Sequence record: LT598654.1
Length of the DNA: 64,000 bases
Direction: 5' to 3' (one strand)
In this document: positions 47,101 to 56,637 of the stretch, piece by piece
How the letters are laid out: every line of letters begins with the position of its first letter
How positions within the stretch are numbered: position 1 is the first letter of the stretch
Made by a program: the position numbers and the translations under genes
The notes under the pieces: model-generated
Told to the model about the DNA's origin: nothing
Database searches by the model: none
The model's input: the letters and a program-made list of their open reading frames with translations, nothing else

Positions 47101-49029
47101 CCTGTATACCGAGATAGAAGCATTAATGTTAACGTTAACCGAATCTTTATCCACACTGGGTGCAGACAGAATTCCGTTGTCACTTATGTTAGCTGACCTA
47201 GCACCTGCTGTACGGGAACTTGACCAATCTGCTTCAACGATACTGGTTTGTCCGTTGCTCCAAGTAGCTTGAACCTGGTAAACACTTCGGGTTTCTTCGG
47301 TTACTGTGCTGAGTCCAATTATCTGGATAGACTCAACTACCAGTCGAGGCTTCTTAAACAGTAGCGTAATAGAACCTGTTACTGTTCGATCACCTTCTTG
47401 GTAGGTACTCACAAAGCTTGCACTAAAGTCACGGTACACAATAGGAATATCTATTTGTCCGTTGCTATCAATACTAGTCGCATTGGTACTGACATTCCAC
47501 TGAGGTATAGTCAGTTCTTCGCTACCCGCTCTTAGCTGTGCAGGCACACTCGACAATTCTACTTCTGAATCGTCAGTATAAACAACAACAGGAGTCAAAT
47601 AAACTCCTGTCATACCCTGAACCACATCAGCACCTGGATCAAGTTCTGTCCACACACCATTTATTTGTTGCTCTACCTTAATGTCGATTCGCTTCGGCAT
47701 CAAGTTACGTTCCATTGGAACAAGAACAACAGACAACGTACTGGTACTCTGTGTACCATCACTATTACTGTGAGTAGCTGTGATTGTGGCATTAACAGCA
47801 TCAAAGATTTCATCAATTACCAAAACGTTATCTGTGAACGATGCAACGTCACTATCGATAGACCAAGTAACGCGGTCAGGATCCGCAGCCCTTCTAACGT
47901 TATCGGTTTTGGTAATCAAGGTATACGTGTTGTCACCACCTTCTAAAGGATTCACAGGTCCTGTAATTGAAACTTCATCAGGAACAAAACCAGTTCCAAT
48001 GGGGTACAGGTCAACTGTTTTAATTACGTCAATACCGTCGATAGTAAACACAATATCTGTTTCGGTAACAAAGTCTACATCACTTAGACGCAATACGTTT
48101 GCCTCAAACAACGACACATGCTCACCGTATATATTGGTGGGCAGTCTTTGCATTTGAGTACCGTCCTGATAAGTCACTAATAGAGTAGGTGAGTAATCAC
48201 GCAGACCTTCTACTTTGGTAGGTATCGTACTTGCGTAGTGTACGGGTAAGGGAGCACCAGGCTTCGCGTATACCTTTCTTCTGAACAGAGTAGAACCTGA
48301 AATAAATAGGTTCTTGGTGATTTCCATGCTTAGATAGATTTCACGAACTACCTTTTCGATGGGTGCAAATTGGTAGTAGACACTTAGAATACGATTCTGG
48401 ATAAGTGTCTTAACCACTCGCGCATCGTCTGTCAGAGGATTAAGTTCACGGTTAGACATTGAGGCAATTAAGCTATCAATCGATGCTTTACCTTCACTGT
48501 CTGTCTGGGAATAACCTAATGCTTTACGCAGACTAGGAATATCTTCACTTGTTACGCGCAGCGTTAGACTTTCTTTCAAACCCTTTGCATCAATACTCAA
48601 ATCAACATGGCTAGTAGAGTACCAATCACCACCGTCAACGATAAGCTTACCATGCTCTGTGGTAAAGTCTACGTAGTCGTTTGTATAAAGTACCTGTTCG
48701 GTAAAGTTACGACCTAATATGAATGCAATAAACTTAGGGTAGTTTGGTGTACCGTCTACTTCCCAGAACTTGATCAATTCATAAAAGCTGTTTGAGATTT
48801 TATCTTTATTAAGTTCAAAAAACTCACTTGTTAGTGCAAGACCCGCTTGTCGGATAGAACGCTCAACAAATGTTTGGTCGGTGTCCTGGTCAAGATGACG
48901 GATTCTTTCAAGTTCTGAAAGCGGTGCATCTACTTTTGCATCATAAACTCTTTGCGCAACATCGGCAAAGGATGACCACAGATCATCTTCCTTTAATACA
49001 TCAATGAGCAGTTCGGTAGCTGTCTTCAT
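44152..49029 (-). CDS. large baseplate wedge/fibre protein with Ig-like repeats
   Basis: 1625 aa directly after baseplate J; repeated I.G...V.E....Y...A.W modules. Confidence 0.65.
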   Translation of the reverse strand: MKTATELLIDVLKEDDLWSSFADVAQRVYDAKVDAPLSELERIRHLDQDTDQTFVERSIRQAGLALTSEFFELNKDKISNSFYELIKFWEVDGTPNYPKFIAFILGRNFTEQVLYTNDYVDFTTEHGKLIVDGGDWYSTSHVDLSIDAKGLKESLTLRVTSEDIPSLRKALGYSQTDSEGKASIDSLIASMSNRELNPLTDDARVVKTLIQNRILSVYYQFAPIEKVVREIYLSMEITKNLFISGSTLFRRKVYAKPGAPLPVHYASTIPTKVEGLRDYSPTLLVTYQDGTQMQRLPTNIYGEHVSLFEANVLRLSDVDFVTETDIVFTIDGIDVIKTVDLYPIGTGFVPDEVSITGPVNPLEGGDNTYTLITKTDNVRRAADPDRVTWSIDSDVASFTDNVLVIDEIFDAVNATITATHSNSDGTQSTSTLSVVLVPMERNLMPKRIDIKVEQQINGVWTELDPGADVVQGMTGVYLTPVVVYTDDSEVELSSVPAQLRAGSEELTIPQWNVSTNATSIDSNGQIDIPIVYRDFSASFVSTYQEGDRTVTGSITLLFKKPRLVVESIQIIGLSTVTEETRSVYQVQATWSNGQTSIVEADWSSSRTAGARSANISDNGILSAPSVDKDSVNVNINASISVYRYDANDEESIVRLSTSKVVAVNALRREIDRLEVLTPQGLSQGNTNRIRMYADWNDDTATQIIPNRIELIKNGQVISKYIRSYDIANERFEDTFEHETGNPVILTTKAGEEFEAVEDGTTHEQFYIDYLLTENENSSLVAVNGLVEVKVYYINPLDDDPIPVEMTDYWLANPSAAYTTYSTNISVVPKVFLSESLEIIYAPGMAERSRVFLTALVTYANGETEQSAAVWSVEPVYVDQEVEADLTQGTFTVERMVEVLIGLDREDLNTNTLTDAQVTKLVEGELLFATLAETAQADWTASVRNLIDANVGKQFPRALLQTRPLEDGAVSQEFKVNARYFQQNESVTITNTADVIQPHDTINSSRIEGPGEVYADTTLYYSYGLVVDYDDLGISYMVSNGWTVDVINKAEVLTTLVNSNDNYRSLLPTKSDLSVYTVAELSEDQLTEIFQQIFIAEIDTNGYLYPRINVDAELLITATYDDEITTFEKTLEVFLKRTNSILTGMYVLNVSNDGSFERTTNVTVGDSSGANDIIRLRDVAGNNVGTPDAFDQIDATSGKLFYRFKAQVERTDDLGTFYDPEVVTWTLETASDKVSLMQPTKNIIGLMVSPVEADTQVIIRGVYTEEFERTSDSIDSSNPLAGEDRVETVSSSIRVIIESSKAIETIQRTGSTYAYDTDGTIFVPSVSILRRDGTYVSNPEALVTWYIMSGPVGLTQDEETGGFVIPKLTANTTMVLRAVAREGLQTIQSDFEYTLLMEFVPSSIELTLPQTNQDALIDSGEYSLGALLTGTTSDGTEVRAINDLAFYYFNYSEDDASFEDNVLTIDPVTEDKDITVTIKAKDYPSFYDTKTIKVYSSYPLFGTYAYGVSNTSLFQSVVDEGAFTKLLSRTGGIFNVDPDADEYGYFAHPKALGLATFTYIPEPNSASSIIGGWDGAQRGQDGSGTQEGPITVTRTYESGLTEQWYLYRTNLRGFSAGRFAVSYTEE

Positions 49030-50498
49030 TATCTTCCCTCACGTTCGGTGTACTTCACGAACACGGTTAGGCTATTAAGAGTAACGTATTCCAATTTAGA
49101 TTGAGGCTCAAGGTCACTAGTAGGTTTCAGTACTTCTACATAGTCAACACCATCACGGCGCGTATCTTCATTAGGCAAAAACTTACATACGTCAACAACA
49201 TCCGATTTAGAAAAACGTTTACCAAGCATTCCGCTTTTACGCTTGAACAGAGATATAATATCCTGTCTAAGTGTGGCTTTCATTTCTTGGATGTTAACCC
49301 ATTCTTCAACACTTACCTCAACACTTAGGTCGATAAGAATTTTCTTTGGGTTGTACGTTTGAATTGTGATGTGAGGACCGATACGCTCTTGTGCATACGC
49401 TTTAAAATCATTCCAAAGAGAACTACGCGGATTAGGATTGTCACCTCCCCAAGTAGCAGAGTCACTAGGCAGGATGCAAACTCGAACAACGTTCATCCAA
49501 CTAGGATCGTTTGGTGCAATCTCACGTTGCCCTTGAACCACGCAATCTGCAACACCCGGATATAGCATGATGTTGCCCTTCCAAGCGTTAGGTCTGTTCC
49601 AACTCTTTCTGCTTTGGTAAACATAAGGCGCATACTTCTTGTAGTAGTAAGGGTCTTTGGGGAACGTCCCACCTTTAATGCTTTCAACACTAGTACCTGC
49701 AACAAGTGTATTCACTGTGCTTGTTGCTCTTGTGCCTACACTACCGATGTTTCCGTTTTTGCCTTTGGTTGTGACATACTGAACGATAAGAGTTTCAGAC
49801 GCTTTTAGTTTACGACCGAATGTACCGTCACCAAACAATAAGCTAACGTCACCGTCACCTGTTGTGGCTTCGAAATATTTTGCATCAGTAGGCTGCAAGT
49901 CACTTAATGATTCTTCGTGCTCTTCCCATTCGGTGAGTTCACCAGTTGCAGTATCACGGGTAAATACAATCAGGTCATCCATCGATACAGAGAAGTTGGG
50001 CTCACCTAGAAGTATCTCGGGAATATTCAGGTTACGTGTAGACAAGTCGAACTCTTTAAGTCTAACCTGTCCTTCATATAATGTAACTGTTTTGGTTTCG
50101 CGTGACTCTAAGATGATACCTTCACGGCAGTAGAACAAAGCACCACCTACACTGAAAGGTGAATACGCATCTATGCTAACCTTTGTGTTATTGTTGTTGG
50201 TAAGGTTGAAGTCGGCTCTTGCACTGGTACGACGATTAATCTTAACACCTAACATTCGTGTGCAAGCAAAAATACTGGAATCACGACGAGCAGTGGTAAT
50301 GAAAGATTCTAGTTGTGCAATATCCGCTTTAGCACCTGCGTTGGTATACAGGGCTGCCATAACATCAACCAAGAAAGTATTGAGACTTGATGTGAGTTTA
50401 TCCTGCCAGGGATATTCAGTCGCAAACTCTTCCTGTATCTCGGTAACAATGTTTTGAAAGCCGACAGTTGTTTTAGATAGTTGTACTGTGGTTGTCAT
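49029..50498 (-). CDS. baseplate J / T4 gp6-like wedge protein
   Basis: TARRDSSI...LG....R..SA, LLFGDG.FG, Y.TTKG..GN motifs; follows the gp25-like gene. Confidence 0.88.
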   Translation of the reverse strand: MTTTVQLSKTTVGFQNIVTEIQEEFATEYPWQDKLTSSLNTFLVDVMAALYTNAGAKADIAQLESFITTARRDSSIFACTRMLGVKINRRTSARADFNLTNNNNTKVSIDAYSPFSVGGALFYCREGIILESRETKTVTLYEGQVRLKEFDLSTRNLNIPEILLGEPNFSVSMDDLIVFTRDTATGELTEWEEHEESLSDLQPTDAKYFEATTGDGDVSLLFGDGTFGRKLKASETLIVQYVTTKGKNGNIGSVGTRATSTVNTLVAGTSVESIKGGTFPKDPYYYKKYAPYVYQSRKSWNRPNAWKGNIMLYPGVADCVVQGQREIAPNDPSWMNVVRVCILPSDSATWGGDNPNPRSSLWNDFKAYAQERIGPHITIQTYNPKKILIDLSVEVSVEEWVNIQEMKATLRQDIISLFKRKSGMLGKRFSKSDVVDVCKFLPNEDTRRDGVDYVEVLKPTSDLEPQSKLEYVTLNSLTVFVKYTEREGR

Positions 50499-50995
50499 AA
50501 GCTTCGTAATCCAAATTCAATATTTTCTTTTTTAATGTTTAAGCTAGGAACAGTCACAACCAACTTAACAAAGAAGTGTTGATTTTCTGTGTCAGGTATT
50601 ACTTGGATTTCACTAACTACTATTCGACGGTCACCAGTTCGTGCATTACCTAATGCGTTTGTAAGTTCAGAACGGATTCGTGTAGCAGTCGTGTAATCAA
50701 GTGGGTCAAACAATAGAGATTCAATCGCTGTACCGAAGTTAGGTCTGAACCATCTGCTTCTTTTAGGAGTGCCGATTATCATCCAAAGACTTTGCTTAAC
50801 CGAATCAATGTCTCTAACTTCATCGTTAGGTTTTGAGTTGGTGTAAAGGTTTACATCAGAGTAGGTGTACGCTAACTGTTGAGGACTTGACGTATCAACG
50901 TAGACGATATTAGGTGACCATACTTCTGTGTTGTCTTGAGTGGTTGTACCACTAACCTTTTCCCATTGTGCTATATTGACGGGAGAACGTGCCAT
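50495..50995 (-). CDS. baseplate wedge gp25/gpW-like protein
   Basis: VKQSL..II.TP.RSR.FRPNFG..I..LLFDP...D.RI motif. Confidence 0.9.
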   Translation of the reverse strand: MARSPVNIAQWEKVSGTTTQDNTEVWSPNIVYVDTSSPQQLAYTYSDVNLYTNSKPNDEVRDIDSVKQSLWMIIGTPKRSRWFRPNFGTAIESLLFDPLDYTTATRIRSELTNALGNARTGDRRIVVSEIQVIPDTENQHFFVKLVVTVPSLNIKKENIEFGLRSL

Positions 50996-51282
50996 TAACC
51001 ACCAGCCTTAACAGTAGGAGAACCTTGCCCTGCTGTGTCACCACAACTTGTTTTGTCACCTGTTCTGTGTACGCCTTTGCCGTTTACTTTAACGGTAGAG
51101 CTAACTTTGGCAGCATTAGGTTGGTGACAAGAACCTGACAAACAATGTAGCTTGTAAGTGTCACCTTGTCTAACAACGCCTTTGCCATTGGCGAACACAT
51201 TTGTACTGGCTTTGATAGTAGGAGTCGGTGGAAAACCGTGACCTACAGACATATCGCCAAGACGCATAACAGATTGTGCCAT
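50995..51282 (-). CDS. PAAR-like spike tip protein
   Basis: RLGD..VGH, VFANGK.VVRQGD, V.VNGK..HR.GD..SCG; ATG at 51282 with AAGGA SD. Confidence 0.9.
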   Translation of the reverse strand: MAQSVMRLGDMSVGHGFPPTPTIKASTNVFANGKGVVRQGDTYKLHCLSGSCHQPNAAKVSSTVKVNGKGVHRTGDKTSCGDTAGQGSPTVKAGG

Positions 51283-51302
51283 AGCAAGATTCCTTTTCAA
51301 AA

Positions 51303-51313
51303 AAGTGTAAACA
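51303..51313 (+). promoter_or_regulatory. conserved motif AAGTGTAAACA at the divergent junction
   Basis: intergenic; 37 nt upstream of ATG 51350, the same spacing as at 14095. Confidence 0.6.
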
Positions 51314-51349
51314 TACTAATAAATTAGCATATCACGAGGTCTTAGAAAT

Positions 51350-51895
51350 ATGGATAATCAAGTTCAACTAGCAGTGGCTAAACAAGGTTGTGCTTATCAT
51401 TGGTATCATACACTCGCTGAAATACTTCATCCTAAAGACCGACTAAGTGCGGTTAAAGTGGGGTTCACGCAAGAGGGTGCAGAAGTAGGCAGCATCCATG
51501 TAACTGTGCCTGAGTTTAACCAGTTTGTGGTTTTGTGCCGAGCGCGTCAAAAGTTTGAACTGGCTCAGTACCTTACTACTATGTTGGAAGAATTTAGTCA
51601 GGTAGTAATGGACGAAGAACATGATATAGGCAAATGCTTAAAAGGGTTTGTTGATCAGGCTATGCCGATAACAAACCAGAGCATGACTATTATCCAAGAT
51701 AGTCTTGACAGAATAGAAGTGCAACACTTCCATGCCGAACAAACTAACTCGTATCTGTTACTTATGGAAATCATAGCGTTGGACAGTAATGTGCTCGAAG
51801 AGGCAGGTATTATAGAACTGATTGAACAGGATGCAGAGAAGTTCAGCAACCTTACTAAATTTATTGAAGAACTCACAACGGAAAAACCTTTATGA
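51350..51895 (+). CDS. hypothetical protein
   Basis: 181-aa ORF, GAGG SD. Confidence 0.75.
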   Translation: MDNQVQLAVAKQGCAYHWYHTLAEILHPKDRLSAVKVGFTQEGAEVGSIHVTVPEFNQFVVLCRARQKFELAQYLTTMLEEFSQVVMDEEHDIGKCLKGFVDQAMPITNQSMTIIQDSLDRIEVQHFHAEQTNSYLLLMEIIALDSNVLEEAGIIELIEQDAEKFSNLTKFIEELTTEKPL

Positions 51896-52200
51896 ATATA
51901 ACAGAAAAGCTTGGACTATGGCTTATGGCGATAGGTACTAACCTATATTTAAGAGGTGGGTCTGAGCGCAGAACTGAAAAGGCTCAACGCTTTATGGATG
52001 CCTACAACGGCGAACTATTAGAGTGTGCTGTAGTGTATGCAGGTGGTCATGGATTTTCTGATAACCAAATGAAAAGCGCACAGTGGTCTGCTGACGTTAT
52101 TCTAGGAATGCTGAGGTCTAGTGATGTTAAACTGGACACCGACAGACCTTTATCCGCATTTGAACAAGATGCCAAATTCGATAAGGAAACCTCGCAATGA
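51892..52200 (+). CDS. hypothetical protein
   Basis: ATGA overlaps on both ends. Confidence 0.7.
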   Translation: MNITEKLGLWLMAIGTNLYLRGGSERRTEKAQRFMDAYNGELLECAVVYAGGHGFSDNQMKSAQWSADVILGMLRSSDVKLDTDRPLSAFEQDAKFDKETSQ

Positions 52201-53192
52201 GCAAAACCAAGATTAATATCCTGATGTGTTACCAAGAACCTGTCCCTAGCAGCAAACAACGAAAGTTTGTTACTTACTGTCCTTATCTACAGTCGGTTCC
52301 TGAGGCGCAAGCATTTATTGAAAATCGCTTTTCTCATTTGGCTCGTGATGGATATGTAAGTCGTGTGTTTTTAGAAATTGTGCTAACCCTGTTAACCAAC
52401 GATCTTTACCGTGTATTTTTATATCCGGTGGATGATACTAAAGGTTACACCAAATGCCCTCAGATAAGTTCTGTTTCTTCAATGGATTTGGATTTAGACC
52501 TTGTATCCTCGGATGACGATTACGCAGCAATAGAAAACTTTGTGTACGATACCCTACTGAACACAAGCTGGGTTGCAGGTTTCTATTCTGATAACTTTAA
52601 GATGCAAGGTAACAGTCCAAACGTCAAGAAAGATATAAGTTGCTCAGGGCGAGATTTGAAACCTAACGTAGGTCTAAACTTTCTGTATATGTTCCCAGCG
52701 GACTTACCTAACTTGGAACGATTGAAAGCTTTCATATCAAAGCGAAGCTTGAATGCACCAAAGTCGTTGGATACTTCTTCTTTGGGGACAGTACTAGGTA
52801 ATTCGGAGTACTCTATTACCAAAGGGAACTTAAAATCTACGCTGGTTCTGCCTGACGAATACCAACAAGCGTGTATTCAAGCCGAGCAGTTGCTAACAGC
52901 ATTCTTAACCAAGCTTGCTGAAAAATGTAAACGTGAAGTGTCTGATGACCAGATAAAACTGTTTACTATCGACCGAACCGAAGCATTCATTCCGACTCGT
53001 CGAACCTATTACCGTGTAGCGTTTACCTACAAGCATACCGACGAACAGTTGTACGATTTAGGTTTTATGTTCGACTTCCACCCCATTGAGATAGAGTCGT
53101 CTAACTCTAATTTCTTGGTTCGTGTTTTTGAAGATAAGTTCGCCGAACTTGTCGATAGTATTGAAAAATTAAATGAAAGAGATAACCAATGA
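52197..53192 (+). CDS. hypothetical protein
   Basis: 331-aa ORF. Confidence 0.75.
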   Translation: MSKTKINILMCYQEPVPSSKQRKFVTYCPYLQSVPEAQAFIENRFSHLARDGYVSRVFLEIVLTLLTNDLYRVFLYPVDDTKGYTKCPQISSVSSMDLDLDLVSSDDDYAAIENFVYDTLLNTSWVAGFYSDNFKMQGNSPNVKKDISCSGRDLKPNVGLNFLYMFPADLPNLERLKAFISKRSLNAPKSLDTSSLGTVLGNSEYSITKGNLKSTLVLPDEYQQACIQAEQLLTAFLTKLAEKCKREVSDDQIKLFTIDRTEAFIPTRRTYYRVAFTYKHTDEQLYDLGFMFDFHPIEIESSNSNFLVRVFEDKFAELVDSIEKLNERDNQ

Positions 53193-53560
53193 ACGATAGC
53201 TTTTTATTTTTAACCACAGCCCCCAAGTCTAAAAGCGGTGAAGTACATACTCCACTGATCAATGTTGATCGTGAAACGTTAGACGTTGAAATGCCTACGC
53301 TGGCTAAAGAGTTAAAAGAAGTTGAAGGCTTAAACTTTGATAACTTTAAAACCTTCTCGGTTCTTAGTCTGCAATCACTGCCTGTAACGGACAGCGACTT
53401 TGCAAAACTAAAACCTTGTTTGTTTAAAACCATATTCGTGGATACGTACTCTGCGAAAATAGCTTGGGAATTTGAGGCTGACTACTCACGCGCACGTGGT
53501 ACAAAAAACGGAGCGTTGCGTGGGTTTACCACAACTCCCAACATACGATTCTGGGTGTGA
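53189..53560 (+). CDS. hypothetical protein
   Basis: 123-aa ORF, ATGA overlap. Confidence 0.7.
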   Translation: MNDSFLFLTTAPKSKSGEVHTPLINVDRETLDVEMPTLAKELKEVEGLNFDNFKTFSVLSLQSLPVTDSDFAKLKPCLFKTIFVDTYSAKIAWEFEADYSRARGTKNGALRGFTTTPNIRFWV

Positions 53561-53561
53561 T

Positions 53562-54143
53562 ATGCCGCAAAATATAGTCCGCGAAATTCTGGATGACTAC
53601 TGCCATCTTCGCATAAAATCAAGTGAACCTGCTTTACCTGTGGTTGGAACCCAGCCTGTATACTCGGCGGGTAACGTTCACAAGCTAGACTTAGGTGGGC
53701 AGGTTTTGACTAAAGATGGAATGATGGATATTCAAGCCAACTTTGAAATCAGTGTATCCAACACTGGTGAAGAAATCATTGAAAAGATGGGTAACTTGTT
53801 GAGACAGACTGCCCGACGACTTTACGGAGACCATATGATTAACGCAGAAACTTTCTTTGGTGTAGATGAAGCCACAGTAGACCAAGCTGTTAGCGTTCTC
53901 ACCAATGCTTTAAAAAATGAGCAAAGTAACCTTCATTGGCTTGATGTAGACAGAGCTGAAAAGAAAGTCACGGTTAACTTCCATCAGTCTAAGGGTAACA
54001 AAGAAATATTTGATCGTGTCAACTTCGATGCACTAAACAAACGTATTGCATCTTTCGGTTGGAAAGCGTCACCTAGTTCTTGGGTAGCGAGTCAACGCGA
54101 CAACCCGTTTGAATTTAAAATCATCTTGGAGGTAGTAGGATGA
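53562..54143 (+). CDS. hypothetical protein
   Basis: ATG at 53562 within ORF 53472-54143. Confidence 0.7.
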   Translation: MPQNIVREILDDYCHLRIKSSEPALPVVGTQPVYSAGNVHKLDLGGQVLTKDGMMDIQANFEISVSNTGEEIIEKMGNLLRQTARRLYGDHMINAETFFGVDEATVDQAVSVLTNALKNEQSNLHWLDVDRAEKKVTVNFHQSKGNKEIFDRVNFDALNKRIASFGWKASPSSWVASQRDNPFEFKIILEVVG

Positions 54144-54535
54144 GCCAGGCATTTAAAGGCTTAACAGGGGTTAAAACGTCTTGTCAGTTCCAAACAATTC
54201 AAGTCCATATTCTTGATTTTGTTATGCAGTTCTCTACAACTCTCACCAGTTCTGTGGTGCAGGGAAAAACACTGTCTATGAAGTTAGGTATCGATTCAAA
54301 GTATATCTTACCTCTGGAAGCAGCGCAGGTTGAAGTGCTAGACAGTGATGACCTACCTTCTAGCCAATTGCAGGCTACTTTGGATAATGATAAGTTAAAC
54401 CTTACTTTTATCGATGTACCAAAAGACATTGCCCGTATTCGTATCAACGTACCTGTTGCCCGTGCGGATGGTAACCACATCGAAACCGACGAAATGGACA
54501 GTGTTAGCTTATCTGTTGACACTGACCTAAATTGA
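54140..54535 (+). CDS. hypothetical beta-rich protein
   Basis: GGAGG SD, ATGA overlap. Confidence 0.7.
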   Translation: MSQAFKGLTGVKTSCQFQTIQVHILDFVMQFSTTLTSSVVQGKTLSMKLGIDSKYILPLEAAQVEVLDSDDLPSSQLQATLDNDKLNLTFIDVPKDIARIRINVPVARADGNHIETDEMDSVSLSVDTDLN

Positions 54536-54783
54536 TTCTTGAAGTGGACTCCGATAATCCTGATATGATTCTTATACTTGTGGACAAACCTAACGTCGAT
54601 CAAGTATTTGAATCTGCCGATACGGAGCAAGACATTATTGACCCGCGCATGTTAAAAGGGACTCTTAAATTCTGTAAGCGTGTGCGTGTAATTAGTGAAG
54701 CTACATTCCGAACTCTACCTGAGTTTCAACACAACTTTGGAATTCCCCCTAAATTTCCTAACGGAGAAAACAATGGACAATAG
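54532..54783 (+). CDS. hypothetical protein
   Basis: TTGA overlap start, 83 aa. Confidence 0.55.
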   Translation: MILEVDSDNPDMILILVDKPNVDQVFESADTEQDIIDPRMLKGTLKFCKRVRVISEATFRTLPEFQHNFGIPPKFPNGENNGQ

Positions 54784-55303
54784 CGAATCAACAGGCTTAG
54801 CTAAAATTCAAGACCGGGCACGTAACCGAGTAAGAGAAGTATTTGCAGAAGTCTTCACTGACCAAGAACTTGACCAAATGCTTAAAGCAGAAATCGAGGC
54901 GTTCTTTAAGAAACCTGCCGAGAAGATGAACCTGGTGAAGGTTAATCATCGTGCGTATCAAGGTCACGGTCAACCTGAAAAGTATGTAACCGAAGCAACC
55001 GAAGTAAAACTGTCTCCATTCCAATTGATTGTTTGGCAGTTCTGTTCTCAGCAGGTGTTGGATATGTTGACTAAGAACATGGAGCAACCTGAGTTCACTG
55101 CACGAGATACTTTCCTAACCCTGCAAAATGCAGACGGTTCCCTCTCAAACTTTATGGTCACTGAACTTGGTGAAGAACTGCAAAAACGTTCCGAGAATAT
55201 GGCTAAAGAAAACATGCACCTGATGTTTGCTCAAATGTTTGCCGGGATGTTCAAGCAAAGCAAAGACGAAATGATGATAGAATTCTCCCAGCGTTTTGGT
55301 TGA
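54773..55303 (+). CDS. hypothetical protein
   Basis: ATG at 54773 with GGAG SD within ORF 54695-55303. Confidence 0.75.
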   Translation: MDNSESTGLAKIQDRARNRVREVFAEVFTDQELDQMLKAEIEAFFKKPAEKMNLVKVNHRAYQGHGQPEKYVTEATEVKLSPFQLIVWQFCSQQVLDMLTKNMEQPEFTARDTFLTLQNADGSLSNFMVTELGEELQKRSENMAKENMHLMFAQMFAGMFKQSKDEMMIEFSQRFG

Positions 55304-55328
55304 TCTCGTTTTGTGTCTTCCTAGAATC

Positions 55329-55426
55329 GGCATTTCCTTGCGTAGATTAGAGGTTTGTCGCAGAAAAATGCCATTAATCTCGTATTATACTAAAGTATAA
55401 GGTACTCTTTGTAATTTTAAAGAGTA
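55329..55426. other. structured intergenic region with three inverted repeats
   Basis: ggcattt/aaatgcc long imperfect stem; ttatact-aa-agtataa; tactcttt-N8-aaagagta. Confidence 0.7.
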
Positions 55427-55443
55427 ACTACTGGGGTATAAAT

Positions 55444-56346
55444 ATGGAAATCGATTCATTTTTGGAGAACACTTTAGGATTCGAGGTGCGCACTGGTCGC
55501 CCTGTATCTAAAGTCGTATCCTTTTTACCAAGTGGTTACGGTGACGAGTATGTACTAGGAAAATGGCATATCCATTTACTAGATAGAGTCACACAAGACG
55601 GTCTACAAAAGCTGGGAGTCAAGATTGAAATAAATAGCCTTGACCACCATCACGTTGTTGTTTACTGGGGTTACGTTAAGTACGATGTTAGCGAATTTAA
55701 AAAGCTGTTGCATTCGTGTACTGATATTTTCGACCATGCCGAAGATGACGTTCTCTGTGAACGGGTAGTCCTAAACTACTCAGACCAATTGTTCCATAAC
55801 AGTGCATTCATATCTGAATACAACATTTGGCACTTCGACGACTTGTTATCTTCGTATGTGCCGGACGGATTCAATGTGTTGGTACCTGATGATATTGCAG
55901 AAGAAACAAGTATTGATTTAATAAACGAGTTTCTTTTTGATATGGACGGACCGAGTGTTTCATCTAACTCCTTTGATATGATTCCTAGATTCCCTGAAAG
56001 TTTTACGGAGCATTTTAACGAGGTAGGCGTAAACGTTCTTGATGTTAACTCAGAAGGTAGGCTTTTTATAAGCAAGAACTTTGTTAAAGAAAAGACGTTG
56101 CGTTTAAAAACAATGAACCAGGTATTCATTGTACGTTTAGCTCTAAAAGCTCTTAGGGATAATAGAGTACCACAAGCTGTGAAATTTCTAAAAGAGGTAG
56201 GTTTGGTAAAAGATATTGTCATACTAAAAGACATACACAACCAAACCAGAATTTCGTTTTTAAATGATACTTGGGATGACGTTGAGGTATTTGGAGATTT
56301 TGATGAAATGTTATTGCACGTAAATAAAACTTACGGCAACTTATGA
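55444..56346 (+). CDS. hypothetical protein
   Basis: 300-aa AT-rich ORF. Confidence 0.75.
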   Translation: MEIDSFLENTLGFEVRTGRPVSKVVSFLPSGYGDEYVLGKWHIHLLDRVTQDGLQKLGVKIEINSLDHHHVVVYWGYVKYDVSEFKKLLHSCTDIFDHAEDDVLCERVVLNYSDQLFHNSAFISEYNIWHFDDLLSSYVPDGFNVLVPDDIAEETSIDLINEFLFDMDGPSVSSNSFDMIPRFPESFTEHFNEVGVNVLDVNSEGRLFISKNFVKEKTLRLKTMNQVFIVRLALKALRDNRVPQAVKFLKEVGLVKDIVILKDIHNQTRISFLNDTWDDVEVFGDFDEMLLHVNKTYGNL

Positions 56347-56597
56347 TAACCAATGAAGATATTTGTAGAATTAATGCGTGTCTACGAAAGCAGTTCTCAA
56401 AAGCAGATTTAGTTCTGCACTCGCATAGTCTCCGCCAAGATTACAAAGCGGATAATTTGGATTTCGTTGAATTAGCAATGTCCCTAGAGGAGGAATTTAA
56501 GGTAGATATTGACGATGATGTATTTTTTAATCTTGAAAGCATAGAGGACTTATACAACTTTATCAGTACCTTACTGGAGAATACTTCTAAGTATTAA
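56343..56597 (+). CDS. acyl-carrier-protein-like, phosphopantetheine Ser replaced by Asn
   Basis: KADNLDFVELAMSLEEEFKVDIDD versus canonical GADSLDTVELVMALEEEF. Confidence 0.85.
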   Translation: MITNEDICRINACLRKQFSKADLVLHSHSLRQDYKADNLDFVELAMSLEEEFKVDIDDDVFFNLESIEDLYNFISTLLENTSKY

Positions 56598-56615
56598 AAC
56601 TGTAAACTGTAAGCA
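56598..56615 (+). promoter_or_regulatory. conserved motif AACTGTAAACT followed by a partial repeat TGTAAGCA
   Basis: intergenic copy upstream of ATG 56638. Confidence 0.5.
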
Positions 56616-56637
56616 TAACTACCTTACAGGAATCGGT

